Assembly (NCBI GenBank): GCA_963716745.1
Contig: OY970320.1
Location: 1,792,001 to 1,856,000, forward strand
DNA length: 64,000 nucleotides
From: an uncultured Gemmatimonadaceae bacterium
GTDB taxonomy: Bacteria; Gemmatimonadota; Gemmatimonadetes; Gemmatimonadales; Gemmatimonadaceae
Direction of reading: 5' to 3'
Every line of letters begins with the position of its first letter. Position 1 is the first letter of the stretch. Below the pieces are notes generated by a model. It did no database searches, was not told the DNA's origin, and saw only the letters and a program-made list of their open reading frames with translations. Position numbers and translations under genes: made by a program. Positions 51,812 through 61,947 of this stretch are shown here, one piece after another.

Positions 51812-54800
51812 ATGAACATCTCTTCGCTCTTCATCCGCCGTCCGGTCATGACGACTCTCGTCATGGCCGGCATCCTGCTCTTCGGCTCCGTCGCCTACAA
51901 ACAGCTCCCGGTCAGCGACCTGCCGGCCGTGGATTACCCCACCATCTCGGTGGGCGCGAGCCTCCCTGGCGCAAGCGCCGAGACGATGGCGTCATCCGTC
52001 GCCACGCCGCTCGAGAAGCAGTTCTCGACCATCGCCGGCATCGATCAGATGTCGTCGCAGAGCAGCCAGGGGCTGACCTCGATCACGCTGCAGTTCACGC
52101 TCGACCGCAATATCGACGCCGCTGCCCAGGACGTGCAGTCGGCGATCGCGAAGACGCTGAGCCAGCTCCCGCCGGGGATGATCCCGCCGTCATACGGGAA
52201 GGTGGACCCGTCCTCCGCGCCGATCCTCTATCTGGCGCTCCGTTCCACGACGCTGCCGCTCTCGCAGCTCGACGAGTACGGCGAGACCTATCTCGCGCAA
52301 CGCATCTCGATGGTCGCCGGCGTCGCGCAGGTCCAAGTCTACGGCTCGCAGAAGTACGCCGTGCGCATCCAGCTCGACCCGGAAGCGCTGGCCGTGCGCA
52401 AGATCGGGATCGACGAGGTCGTGGACGCCGTGTCCTCCGGCAATGTGAATCTCCCCACCGGCGTGCTCTGGGGGAGCGACAAAGCGTACACAGTGCAGGC
52501 GAACGGGCAACTGGAGACCGCGAAGGCGTTCGGCCCGCTCATCGTCGCGTACCGCAATGGCGCGCCAGTGCGCCTGCAGGACCTCGGTCAAGTCGTCGAT
52601 GGCGTGCAGGACAGCAAGGTCGCGAGCTGGTTCAACGGCACGCGCGCGATCGTGCTCGCCATCCAACGGCAACCCGGCACGAACACCGTGGCTGTTGCGG
52701 AAGCGGTGAAAGCAGCGATGAAGGAACTCGAGCTCACCTTCCCCGCCTCCGTGACCGTCGAGACGCTGTTCGACCGGTCGGTCGGGATCCAGGCGTCGGT
52801 GTCCGACGTGAAGTTCACGCTCTCGCTGACGCTCGTGCTGGTCGTGCTCGTGATCTTCCTGTTCCTTCGGAACATCCCCGCCACGGTCATCCCCAGCCTC
52901 GCGCTCCCGATGTCGCTCGTTGGGACCTTCGCCGTGATGTACCTGCTCGGCTACAGCCTCGACAATCTGTCGCTCATGGCGCTCACGCTATCGGTCGGCT
53001 TCGTGGTGGACGATGCCATCGTGATGCTCGAGAACATCGTGCGCCACATGGAAATGGGAGAGCCGGTGATGCAGGCGGCGCTGAACGGCTCGCGTGAGAT
53101 CGGCTTCACCATTCTCTCGATGACGATCTCGCTCGTGGCCGTGTTCATCCCCGTGCTGTTTCTCGGCGGGCTGATCGGCCGGCTCTTCCACGAATTCGCC
53201 GTGACCATCGGCGTCGCGATCCTCGTCTCCGGCTTCGTGTCGCTCACGCTCACGCCTATGCTCTGCAGCCGCTTCCTGCGGCCGCAGCATGAGGACCAGG
53301 GCCGGTTCTTCAACGCGATCGAGCGCTTCTATGAGCGCGTGCTCGGTGGCTACGAGCGCACGCTGCATTGGGCCATGGACCACCGTCCCACGATGATGGT
53401 CTTTTCGCTCGTGATCCTGATCGGCACGCTGATCCTCGGCGCCCTCGTGCCGAAGGGATTCATTCCCAGCGAAGACCAGGGCCAGGTCTCTGTCACCACC
53501 GATGCACCCGAGGGCACTTCCTTCGAATCGATGGTTCGCCATCAGCAAGAGATGGCCGACATCGTGAAGGCCGATCCGGCCGTCGATGGCTTCATGTCAT
53601 CGCTCGGCGCCGGCGGCCGCTCACCCACGATCAACCAAGGGCGCATGTTCATCCACCTCAAGCCGCGGAAGGATCGCACGATGAGCGCGGATGAGTGGAT
53701 CGCCTATATGACGCCCAAGCTCAACCAGGTCACGGGCATCCGCGCGTACATGATCAACCCGCCGAGCATCAACATCGGCGGCCGCAGCACCAAGAGCCAA
53801 TACCAGTTCGTGCTCCAGAGCGCCGATATCGCCGCGCTCTACAAGTACGCTGACATCACCCTCGCCGCGATGAAGAAGATCCCCGGCCTGGCCGACGTCA
53901 CGACGGACCTGCAGATCCACAGTCCGCAGGTCAGCGTCGACATCGACCGTGACCGCGCGGCCTCGCTCGGCGTGAGCGCGAACGACATCGAGGGCGCGCT
54001 GTACAACGCCTACGGCGCACGGCAAGTCTCCACCATCTACACGCCGAACAACCAGTATTGGGTGATCATGGAGTTGCTCCCCCAGTATCAGAAGGATCTG
54101 GCCGGACTGAATCTGCTGTACATTCGTAGCAAGACCGGCGATCTCGTTCCGCTCGCGTCGCTCGCGCGACTCACTCCGTCGATGGGCCCGCTCACGGTCG
54201 GACACTCCGGCCAGATGCCGGCCGTCACGCTCTCGTTCAACCTCCAGCCCGGCGTCGCGCTCGGCGATGCGGTGAGCCGCGTGCAGAAAGTCGCGGATCA
54301 GATCCTTCCGGCGAGCGTCACGACCCAATTCGCCGGCACCGCGCAGGCCTTCCAGGCGGCGCAGCAGGGGCTGCTCATGCTCCTGATCTTGTCGATCCTG
54401 GTGATCTACATCGTGCTCGGCGTGCTCTACGAGAGCTTCATCCACCCGCTCACGATCCTCTCCGGCCTCCCGTTCGCCGGTTTCGGCGCGCTGCTCACCC
54501 TGTTCATCTTCCGGATGGAACTCAGCATCTACGCGTTCGTAGGAATCATCATGCTGATCGGCCTCGTGAAGAAGAACGCGATCATGATGATCGACTTCGC
54601 GCTGCATACGCAGCGCGAGCACAACAAGTCGCCCCGCGATGCGATCCTCGAGGCGTGCGTCGTGCGCTTCCGTCCCATCATGATGACCACGATGGCCGCC
54701 CTCATGGGAACGCTGCCCATCGCGCTCGGCGCCGGCGCGGGCGCGGAATCGCGCCGCCCGCTCGGTGTCGCCGTGGTGGGTGGGTTGGCCTTCTCGCAAT

Positions 54801-54937
54801 TGATCACGCTCTATATCACGCCAGTGGTGTACACGTACTTGGACGCGTTCCAGCAGCGCCTCGCCGCCCGCAATGCGGCGCGGGCCGCCCGGCATGCGTC
54901 CGGAACGGTGCCGGCGCCCAGCGGGAGTGCGGCGTAG
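51812..54937 (+). CDS. RND efflux permease (MdtB/MdtC-like)
   Basis: MNISSLFIRRPVMTTL, LPGASAETMASSVATPLE, GFVVDDAIVMLENI, GLVKKNAIMMIDFA, RFRPIMMTT. Confidence 0.95.
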   Translation: MNISSLFIRRPVMTTLVMAGILLFGSVAYKQLPVSDLPAVDYPTISVGASLPGASAETMASSVATPLEKQFSTIAGIDQMSSQSSQGLTSITLQFTLDRNIDAAAQDVQSAIAKTLSQLPPGMIPPSYGKVDPSSAPILYLALRSTTLPLSQLDEYGETYLAQRISMVAGVAQVQVYGSQKYAVRIQLDPEALAVRKIGIDEVVDAVSSGNVNLPTGVLWGSDKAYTVQANGQLETAKAFGPLIVAYRNGAPVRLQDLGQVVDGVQDSKVASWFNGTRAIVLAIQRQPGTNTVAVAEAVKAAMKELELTFPASVTVETLFDRSVGIQASVSDVKFTLSLTLVLVVLVIFLFLRNIPATVIPSLALPMSLVGTFAVMYLLGYSLDNLSLMALTLSVGFVVDDAIVMLENIVRHMEMGEPVMQAALNGSREIGFTILSMTISLVAVFIPVLFLGGLIGRLFHEFAVTIGVAILVSGFVSLTLTPMLCSRFLRPQHEDQGRFFNAIERFYERVLGGYERTLHWAMDHRPTMMVFSLVILIGTLILGALVPKGFIPSEDQGQVSVTTDAPEGTSFESMVRHQQEMADIVKADPAVDGFMSSLGAGGRSPTINQGRMFIHLKPRKDRTMSADEWIAYMTPKLNQVTGIRAYMINPPSINIGGRSTKSQYQFVLQSADIAALYKYADITLAAMKKIPGLADVTTDLQIHSPQVSVDIDRDRAASLGVSANDIEGALYNAYGARQVSTIYTPNNQYWVIMELLPQYQKDLAGLNLLYIRSKTGDLVPLASLARLTPSMGPLTVGHSGQMPAVTLSFNLQPGVALGDAVSRVQKVADQILPASVTTQFAGTAQAFQAAQQGLLMLLILSILVIYIVLGVLYESFIHPLTILSGLPFAGFGALLTLFIFRMELSIYAFVGIIMLIGLVKKNAIMMIDFALHTQREHNKSPRDAILEACVVRFRPIMMTTMAALMGTLPIALGAGAGAESRRPLGVAVVGGLAFSQLITLYITPVVYTYLDAFQQRLAARNAARAARHASGTVPAPSGSAA

Positions 54938-55091
54938 CACCGCGCGCGGCAGCGTCACGAGATCGATTCGAAATAATGCTTGACGGATTCGACAGTGTGT
55001 TGTATTGGGAAGCTCGGAAACGGCGGTCGAACGCGATGCGAACCGCCCGCTGATGTTCCCGAGCCTGGGAAAAACCCGACAGGAGGCGATC

Positions 55092-55601
55092 ATGCCGCGC
55101 GGTGACGACGTCAACAACACGCTTCGCTTCGCCGATCACGACGACGACGACGAAGAGATCGGTTACGGCGGTGGCGGTGGCGGTGCCTCGTACGATGAGG
55201 ACGAGGACGAGGAAGGCGGCTGGGGCATGACCAAGCAGAGCGGTGAAGAGCTCTGGGACAGCGCCGAGGACGAGGAAGAGCAGGAAGAGGCGACGCCCGC
55301 CGTGGTCGTCGAAGAAGAAGAGACGATGGGCATCGTTCCCATCGCGGGTTCGAGCCGCGCGACGATCATCGGCGGCTCCGCGACCGCGAAGGGTGCCGCG
55401 GCGAAGGTCGCGCCCGCGAAGGCTGCCCCGAAGGCTGCCCCGAAGAAGGCCGCTCCGGCGAGCAAGGCCAAGGCGGCCAAGAAGCCGGCCGCCAAGAAGG
55501 CCACGAAGCCCGCGAAGAAGCCGGCCGCCAAGAAGGCCAAGAAGGCCAAGCCGGCGAAGAAGAAGGCCGCGAAGGCCAAGAAGAAGGGCAAGAAGCGCTA
55601 G
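55092..55601 (+). CDS. Low-complexity protein: acidic N-half, Lys/Ala/Pro-rich histone-H1-like C-half
   Basis: AGGAGG RBS; DHDDDDEE, DEDEDEE and EDEEEQEE tracts, then KKPAAKK-type repeats to KKKGKKR. Confidence 0.8.
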   Translation: MPRGDDVNNTLRFADHDDDDEEIGYGGGGGGASYDEDEDEEGGWGMTKQSGEELWDSAEDEEEQEEATPAVVVEEEETMGIVPIAGSSRATIIGGSATAKGAAAKVAPAKAAPKAAPKKAAPASKAKAAKKPAAKKATKPAKKPAAKKAKKAKPAKKKAAKAKKKGKKR

Positions 55602-55622
55602 CCGGCCGCTTGGCCGGACGTG

Positions 55623-55655
55623 AGGCGGGGACCGCGTGAGCGGTCTCCGCCTTTT
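55623..55655 (+). terminator. Rho-independent terminator
   Basis: AGGCGGGGACCGC-GTGA-GCGGTCTCCGCCT followed by TTT. Confidence 0.8.
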
Positions 55656-55713
55656 CGCATCCGGCAAGCGCTTCGCCGCTCGCCGTGCCGCATCTGGACT
55701 GTTATCGTTCGCC

Positions 55714-56268
55714 ATGGTCGAGTCGCCGTCTTCACCCGTTCCGCTTCTGCGCGCGCATGCGCGCCACGCTCCGTGGAACGCCCGCGGGCTCGCTGCCCAC
55801 GCCACCGCACTCGTCGAAGCGTCCGCCCTGCGGCCCACGAACGCCGTCGCGCGCGCGGAGCCCAGCGCACGTGCTGTGCGCTTCTACGTCGCGAGCGGAT
55901 TGCTCGATCGCCCCGACGGAACGGGTACCGCCGCGACCTACGGATATCGTCATCTATTGCAGCTGCTCTTCATCAAGATCCGGCAGCGCGAAGGGCAGAC
56001 CCTCGAGAAGATCAAGCTCGAACTCACCGGGCAGAGCGGCGACGCACTCGAGCGCCGCGCGGCCACGGCCCTCGCGCCCGCGCTCTCGGCCGGGCCTGAG
56101 GGCGCGCCGGCACCCGCGCCCGATGGTGAAGGCGTGTGGCACCGCGTGCCCGTTGCGAACGGCATCGAGCTCCATGTGAGAGAGGATTCCCCCGCGTCCC
56201 GGCGCGAAGCGATCATCGCCATCCGCGAAGCCGTGCGCGCGGCGCTCTCCCGGGCCGATATCCGCTGA
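55714..56268 (+). CDS. MerR-like helix-turn-helix protein
   Basis: SARAVRFYVASGLLDRPDG...YGYRHLLQLLFIKIRQREGQTLEKIK; C-terminal WHRVPVANGIELHV. Confidence 0.8.
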   Translation: MVESPSSPVPLLRAHARHAPWNARGLAAHATALVEASALRPTNAVARAEPSARAVRFYVASGLLDRPDGTGTAATYGYRHLLQLLFIKIRQREGQTLEKIKLELTGQSGDALERRAATALAPALSAGPEGAPAPAPDGEGVWHRVPVANGIELHVREDSPASRREAIIAIREAVRAALSRADIR

Positions 56269-56276
56269 ATCCGGCC

Positions 56277-56987
56277 GTGAGATTCTCGGGCAAGAACGTG
56301 CTGATCACGGGCGTCGGCCGGGCCGGGCAGGTCGGCGAGGCTGTCGCGCGCGCGTTCGGCGCGGAAGGCGCTCGGCTCCTGGTCGTGGACCTGTCGCTGG
56401 ACGACGCCAACGCACGCGCCACGGACCTGCGCGCCGCGGGCGCCGAGGTCCACGCCTTCGCCTGCGATCTCTCCGACGCCACGCAGCTCACGCGCCTCGC
56501 CACGGAGGCCGGCGCCGTCATCGGCGGCCGGCTCGACGCGCTCGTGTGTCTCGCGGGCGGCTTCGCGATGACCGGCCCGGTCGCCGAAAGCGACCCGGCC
56601 GCGTGGCAGAAACAGTTCACGATCAATCTCACCACAGCGTATCTCACCACGCGCGCTTTCTTGCCGGCGGTTCGAGCCGCACGCGGAGCGATCGTGTATT
56701 TCGCCGCGGCTGCCGCATTGCCGGGAGGCTCCGCGGCCGGAATGGCGGCGTATGTCGCCGCCAAATCGGGTGTGATCGCGCTCATGCGAGCCGTCGCGGC
56801 CGATGAGCGCGCGAACCACGTGCGCGCGAACGCCGTCGCGCCCACCCAGATCCGAACCGCCGCCAATCTCCAGTCGATGGGCGATGGGGCCAAATACGTC
56901 GAGCGTGAAGAGGCGGCCGCGACGGTGTGCTATCTGGCCAGCGGCGACGCCTCTGCCATCTCCGGCCAGGTGATCCGGCTCGGCTGA
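56277..56987 (+). CDS. Short-chain dehydrogenase/reductase
   Basis: LITGVGRAGQVG, LDALVCLAGG, YVAAK (YxxxK), VRANAVAP, ISGQVI. Confidence 0.9.
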   Translation: MRFSGKNVLITGVGRAGQVGEAVARAFGAEGARLLVVDLSLDDANARATDLRAAGAEVHAFACDLSDATQLTRLATEAGAVIGGRLDALVCLAGGFAMTGPVAESDPAAWQKQFTINLTTAYLTTRAFLPAVRAARGAIVYFAAAAALPGGSAAGMAAYVAAKSGVIALMRAVAADERANHVRANAVAPTQIRTAANLQSMGDGAKYVEREEAAATVCYLASGDASAISGQVIRLG

Positions 56988-57020
56988 CGCTTGGTGGCCC
57001 CAGCGCTTGCTTAAGTCCGG

Positions 57021-57893
57021 ATGCCCCGCCACTTTACGAGCATGACCCTTGCGGTACGCCGCCGGACGTCCGCTCGAACGATCCTCCTCGATCGTTCGCT
57101 GGAGGCGCTTCCCCTCTTCCGGCTCAGCGACTCTGCGGACGACTCGGCGATCGATTTCGCGCTGCCCGGCAACGCCCGTTGGCGCGTGCTGCCCAGCCCC
57201 GGCGACCGCCTCCCGGGCACGTTCGATCAGGATGTCTTCATCGAACTCTGGCACCGGTACCAGGATGGCGGCGCCCCGGCCGACGGGATCGTCTCGTTCA
57301 CGTTGCATGCCTTCCTGCGTTCCATTGGCCGCCGCGTGGATGGCCGAACGTACGAGCAGCTTCGCTCCGCGCTGACTCGCCTGCAGCACACCACGCTCGA
57401 GTCGCAGGGCGCCTATTTCGAAGCGGCGTCGCAAGGCTGCATCGATGCGCGCTTCAGCGTGCTCACGGCGGTGTTCATCGAGCGCCGCCGCGTTGCCGAA
57501 CGGGATCAGCTGGCGCTGTTCGACACGCTCACCGCGTCCGAACCGGGCGAAGCGCACGTCACGCTGTCCCCCCTGATGCGCGCGAACATCGCGGCCGGAC
57601 GCACTGCCGCTCTGTCGGCCCCGCAGTATCTTGCGCTCTCGTCTCCCGTCGCCCGGCGTTTGTATCGCTTGCTCGAAGTCGCCCGCGCGGACGGGAACGT
57701 CACATGGCGCGTCGGCCTGGCGCAGCTTGCGGAGCAGATCCCGCTCGCTCAACGCTATCCGTCGCACCTGCAGCGGGTGTTGCAGCCGGCGCATGAGATG
57801 CTCCTGGCCGGCGGCCTGCTGCGTGACGCGATCGTACGGCAGCATCAACGCGAGTGGTACGTCGATTACGTTCTTGCCAGCCGAATGGCGTGA
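57021..57893 (+). CDS. Plasmid-type replication initiator (RepA/RPA-like winged-helix) family protein
   Basis: PLFRLS, LPGTFDQDVFIEL, VSFTLHAFLRSIGRRVDGRTYEQLRSALTRL, YLALSSPVARRLYRLLE; recognised by motif resemblance only. Confidence 0.72.
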   Translation: MPRHFTSMTLAVRRRTSARTILLDRSLEALPLFRLSDSADDSAIDFALPGNARWRVLPSPGDRLPGTFDQDVFIELWHRYQDGGAPADGIVSFTLHAFLRSIGRRVDGRTYEQLRSALTRLQHTTLESQGAYFEAASQGCIDARFSVLTAVFIERRRVAERDQLALFDTLTASEPGEAHVTLSPLMRANIAAGRTAALSAPQYLALSSPVARRLYRLLEVARADGNVTWRVGLAQLAEQIPLAQRYPSHLQRVLQPAHEMLLAGGLLRDAIVRQHQREWYVDYVLASRMA

Positions 57894-57943
57894 TCCGGCC
57901 GGCATCACCAGTCTCTCTCTCCCCATCTCCCGGAGTCCTTCCT

Positions 57944-58114
57944 ATGGCGACGAAGCTCGACAAGACGATCAAGCGTGAACTTGAGATCGACGGTCAGGCG
58001 TACATGATCAGCATCATGCCGACCGGCGTGAAGATGACGAAGAAGGGATTTCGGAACGGGCCGGAGATGACGTGGAAGCAGATCCTATCCTCGGGCGCCG
58101 AAAACCCCGCCTGA
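57944..58114 (+). CDS. Small hypothetical protein (56 aa)
   Basis: GGAG RBS; MATKLDKTIKRELEIDGQAYMISIMPTGVKMTKKGFRNGPEMTWKQIL with coding-like codon use. Confidence 0.75.
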   Translation: MATKLDKTIKRELEIDGQAYMISIMPTGVKMTKKGFRNGPEMTWKQILSSGAENPA

Positions 58115-58225
58115 TCCTGCGAACGGATACGCGCGCGGCGGCCGGAACTTCGCGCCCGCCGCGCCGTATTCCGTGTTGGAGCGCTGCCGCGTCCGGCGGC
58201 GCCATTCCCTAGACCAGCACCCCTC

Positions 58226-59812
58226 ATGCCCCGCCTCCGCACCGTCGCCCTCGCGGGCGCGCTCGCGCTCCCCCTGGCGTTCGGTGGATTCCTGCTCGCA
58301 GGCCGCCGCAGTCACGATGGCGCGCAGATGTTCGATCAGGTCCTTGGCCTCGTGCAGGACCGGTTCGTCGACACCCTGCCCCCCGATGCGCTGTACGAGA
58401 AAGCCGCGCGCGGGTTGGTGACCCAACTACGCGATCCGTACTCGGAACTGTTCTCGCCGAAGCAGCAGGCGCGATTCAAGCAGCAGTCCACGGGCCGGTA
58501 CGGCGGCGTGGGCATGCAGATCGAGCAGCAAGAGGGGAATGTCGTCGTCGTGCGCGTCTTCCCGAACACGCCGGCCGAAGCCGCGGGCATCATCGAGGGC
58601 GACCGCATCGTCGGGATCGACACGGCCAACACGCGCGGCTGGACGTCGCAGCAGGTGTCCGATGTGATGATCGGCAAGGTCGGCACCAAGGTCACGGTGC
58701 GCTTCGCGCGGCCGGGCATGTCCGCACCGATCGAGCACGCGTTCGTTCGCGCCGAGATCCACATCCCCGCGGTGCCGTACGCCGTGATGCTGCAGCACGA
58801 CATCGGGTACGTGCCGCTCCAGACGTTCAGCGAGAACGCCTCCGACGAGTTGCAGTCGGCGGTGGACCGCCTCACCAAGGCGGGCGCCAAGCGGATCATC
58901 GTGGATCTTCGTAGCGATCCGGGTGGACTCCTCACGCAGGCGCTCTCGGTCGCCTCGCTCTTCCTTGAGAGCGGCAAGCCGATCGCGAGCGTGCGCACGC
59001 GTCAGCCGCCCGCGGAGACGTACACGTCGAAAGGCAGCGAGCACCTCACCGCCGTACCGTTGGTCGTGCTCGTGGACGGATTCTCCGCCTCCGCGAGCGA
59101 GATCGTCGCGGGCGCGCTGCAGGATGAGGATCGCGCGCTCCTCGTGGGAACGCGCACGTTCGGCAAGGGGCTCGTGCAGTCGGTGTACAACCTCGACGAC
59201 GGCTGGGCGCTCAAGCTCACGACCGGCAAGTGGTACACGCCGAGCGCGCGCAGCATCCAGCAGGATCGCACGCGGCATCTGCCAGGCGACGAGGACATCC
59301 TGCCTTCGGATACCGCGAAGAAGGATACCTCGCTCGCGGCGCGACCCACCGTGAAGAGCGCCGCCGGCCGCACCCTTTACGGCGGCGGCGGGATCACGCC
59401 CGACGTGATCGTGCTTCCCGACACGCTCAGCACCGCCGAGCAGGATTTCAACAAGCTCATCGCGCCGAAGTTCCCGCTCGTGCGCGCCGCGCTGTATGAC
59501 ATCGCGCTCGAGCAGAAGGCGTCGGTGTCGCCCGGCTTCACCGTGCCCGCCGCCTGGCGCGACCAGTTCTTCAAGCGCCTCATGCAGGACAGCATCAAGC
59601 TCACGCGTCAGCAGTTCGATGCCGTGTCGCCGTACATCGATCGCGTCATCGGTGCGCAGGTGGCGCGCGTCGCGTTCGGCGATTCGGGCGCGTTCCGCCG
59701 CGGCATCCCGGCCGACGTTCAGCTGCAGCGCGCGATCGATCTGCTCCAGCGCGCCAGCACGCAGCAGGAGCTCTTCTCCCTCATGCCAGCGGCCCAAGCC
59801 GCCAAACACTAG
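58226..59812 (+). CDS. S41 C-terminal processing protease (CtpA/Prc-like) with PDZ domain
   Basis: DPYS, GGVGM, TPAEAAGI, VDLRSDPGGLL, SASASEIVAGALQD, TFGKGLVQ, WYTPSARSI. Confidence 0.95.
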   Translation: MPRLRTVALAGALALPLAFGGFLLAGRRSHDGAQMFDQVLGLVQDRFVDTLPPDALYEKAARGLVTQLRDPYSELFSPKQQARFKQQSTGRYGGVGMQIEQQEGNVVVVRVFPNTPAEAAGIIEGDRIVGIDTANTRGWTSQQVSDVMIGKVGTKVTVRFARPGMSAPIEHAFVRAEIHIPAVPYAVMLQHDIGYVPLQTFSENASDELQSAVDRLTKAGAKRIIVDLRSDPGGLLTQALSVASLFLESGKPIASVRTRQPPAETYTSKGSEHLTAVPLVVLVDGFSASASEIVAGALQDEDRALLVGTRTFGKGLVQSVYNLDDGWALKLTTGKWYTPSARSIQQDRTRHLPGDEDILPSDTAKKDTSLAARPTVKSAAGRTLYGGGGITPDVIVLPDTLSTAEQDFNKLIAPKFPLVRAALYDIALEQKASVSPGFTVPAAWRDQFFKRLMQDSIKLTRQQFDAVSPYIDRVIGAQVARVAFGDSGAFRRGIPADVQLQRAIDLLQRASTQQELFSLMPAAQAAKH

Positions 59813-59820
59813 GACCCCCT

Positions 59821-60882
59821 GTGCTCCGATCCAGTTTCCGTGTCACCGTTGCGATCACAACGCTCGTCGTTGGCGCCGCTGCCCAGACGCCCGACCCGAT
59901 GCACGCCACGCCGGTCGCTCCGGCGCCCGGCGAGGAGAAGCATCTCGCGAACATCCGCCAGCTCACGCACGGCGGCGACAACGCCGAGGCGTATTTCAGC
60001 GCCGATGGCAAACAGCTGACATTCCAGTCCACGCGCGATGGCCGTACCTGCGATCAGCAGTACACCATGAACCTCGATGGCACCAACGTGAAGCGCATCT
60101 CCAGCGGACAGGGGAAGACCACCTGCGGCTACTTCTTCGCGAACGACAAGAAGATCTTCTACGCCAGCACGTTCGCGGTGGACACGGCCTGCCCGGTGAA
60201 GCCCGATCCCTCCAAGGGCTATGTGTGGGGGCTCGATCCGTTCGACATCTACACCGCGAACCCCGACGGCTCGGGGCTCAAGCCGCTCACGCAGAACCAT
60301 GTCTACACGGCCGAGGGCACGCTCTCGCCCGACGGGACGTCCATCGTCTTCACGTCGCTCAAGGATGGCGACCTCGAGATCTACACCATGAACGTGGACG
60401 GCTCGAACGTGAAGCGCCTCACCCACACGCCGGGCTATGATGGCGGCGCGTTCTTCTCGCCCGACGGCAAGAAGATCGTCTACCGCGCGAACCACCCCAC
60501 CGATTCGGCGCTCAAGGACTATCAGGATCTCCTCAAGCAGCACATCGTGCGTCCCACGCACATGGAGATCTGGGTCATGAACGCCGACGGCAGCGACCAG
60601 CACCAGATCACCAATCTCGGCGGCGCGAACTTCGCCCCCTTCTTCACGCCGGACGGAAAGAAGATCATCTTCTCGTCCAACTATAAGAATCCGCACAGCT
60701 CCAATTTCGATCTGTATCTTGTGAACCTCGACGGCAGCGGACTCGAGCAGATCACGTTCGATACCGGATTCGATGGCTTTCCGCAGTTCAGTCCGGATGG
60801 GAAGCAGCTCGTGTGGGTCGCGCACCGCTATGCGGCGGGCGAGCGCGAGGTGAACATCTTCATCGCGGATTGGAAGCACTAA
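59821..60882 (+). CDS. Exported TolB-like (PD40 repeat) beta-propeller protein
   Basis: Repeats FSADGKQL, LSPDGTSI, FSPDGKKI, FTPDGKKI, FSPDGKQL with MNxDGS motifs; signal peptide. Confidence 0.9.
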   Translation: MLRSSFRVTVAITTLVVGAAAQTPDPMHATPVAPAPGEEKHLANIRQLTHGGDNAEAYFSADGKQLTFQSTRDGRTCDQQYTMNLDGTNVKRISSGQGKTTCGYFFANDKKIFYASTFAVDTACPVKPDPSKGYVWGLDPFDIYTANPDGSGLKPLTQNHVYTAEGTLSPDGTSIVFTSLKDGDLEIYTMNVDGSNVKRLTHTPGYDGGAFFSPDGKKIVYRANHPTDSALKDYQDLLKQHIVRPTHMEIWVMNADGSDQHQITNLGGANFAPFFTPDGKKIIFSSNYKNPHSSNFDLYLVNLDGSGLEQITFDTGFDGFPQFSPDGKQLVWVAHRYAAGEREVNIFIADWKH

Positions 60883-60894
60883 CGAGGAGGAACG

Positions 60895-61945
60895 ATGGGC
60901 GCTTACGGTGGGTTGATCTTCCTTGGCGCGGTCGCGCTGCTCGGGATCTGGCTGTTCCGCAGTTCGTTCAAGGTCATCGGCCAGGCCGAGGTGATGGTGA
61001 TCGAGCGGCTCGGACGCTTCAACCGCATCGCGCGCTCGGGGTTGAACATCCTCCTGCCCGATCATCGAGCAGCCGCGCTCGATCGACGTCCGGTACTACG
61101 AGAGCGACGTGAGCGGCATCAAGCGCATCACGGCCGCCTCCACCGTGCGCATCGACCTGCGCGAGCAGGTGCTCAACTTCCCGAGCCAGCCGGTGATCAC
61201 GAAGGACAACGTGACCATCGACATCGACGCCGTCCTCTACTACCGCGTCGCCGATCCGCAGAAGGCGACCTACGCCGTGCAGAACCTCCCGTTCGCGCTC
61301 GAGACGCTCACGCGCACCACGCTCCGGAACATCGTCGGCGAGATGGAGCTCGACTCCACGCTCGCGAGCCGCGACCAGATCAACAAGCGGATGCGCGAGA
61401 TCATCGAAGAAGCCTCGATCGGCTGGGGCGTGGATGTCACGCGCGTCGAGCTGCAGGCGATCGAACCGCCGCGCGACATCCAGCAGTCCATGGAACTGCA
61501 GATGCGCGCCGAGCGCGAGCGCCGCGCCGCGGTCACGAACGCGGAGGCCAGCAAGCGCGCCGCGATCCTCGAGGCGGAGGGCGTGCAGCAGTCGCAGGTG
61601 AGCCGCGCGCAGGGCGAGAAGGAGGCCGCGGTGCTGCGCGCGAGAGGCCAGGCCGAGGCGCGCCTTCAGCTCGCGACGGCCGAAGCCGAGGCGATCCGCA
61701 AGATCGCCGGTGCACTGCCGCCCGCCGACGCCGCGATGTACCTGCTGGGCGTGAAATACCTCGAGGCGCTGCCGCTGCTCACCCAGGGCAAAGGCACGAC
61801 GGTCTTTCTGCCGATCGAAGCGTCTGGCGTTATGGGCGCGATCGGCGGCATCAAGGAACTGCTCGCACGTTCGGCCGGCGTTAGCGGAACAGAGGCGCCC
61901 GATGCACCGAAACAGATCCCGCCGGCGACACCGGCCAAGGGCTGA
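60895..61945 (+). CDS. SPFH/stomatin-like (band 7) protein, frameshifted near 61058
   Basis: GAGGAGG RBS; TM helix, VIERLGRF, IDLREQV, VITKDNV, TTLRNIVGEMELD, QMRAERERRA. One extra C splits the frames. Confidence 0.9.
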
Positions 61946-61947
61946 TC

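Noticed and set aside
54980..55008. TTGACG-17-TATTGG promoter for the H1-like gene
   Set aside because: The -10 lacks the conserved final T; too weak to call.
56900..58200. Integrated plasmid or prophage around the RepA-like gene
   Set aside because: No integrase, att-like repeats, tRNA, par, relaxase or phage genes, and no evident compositional shift.
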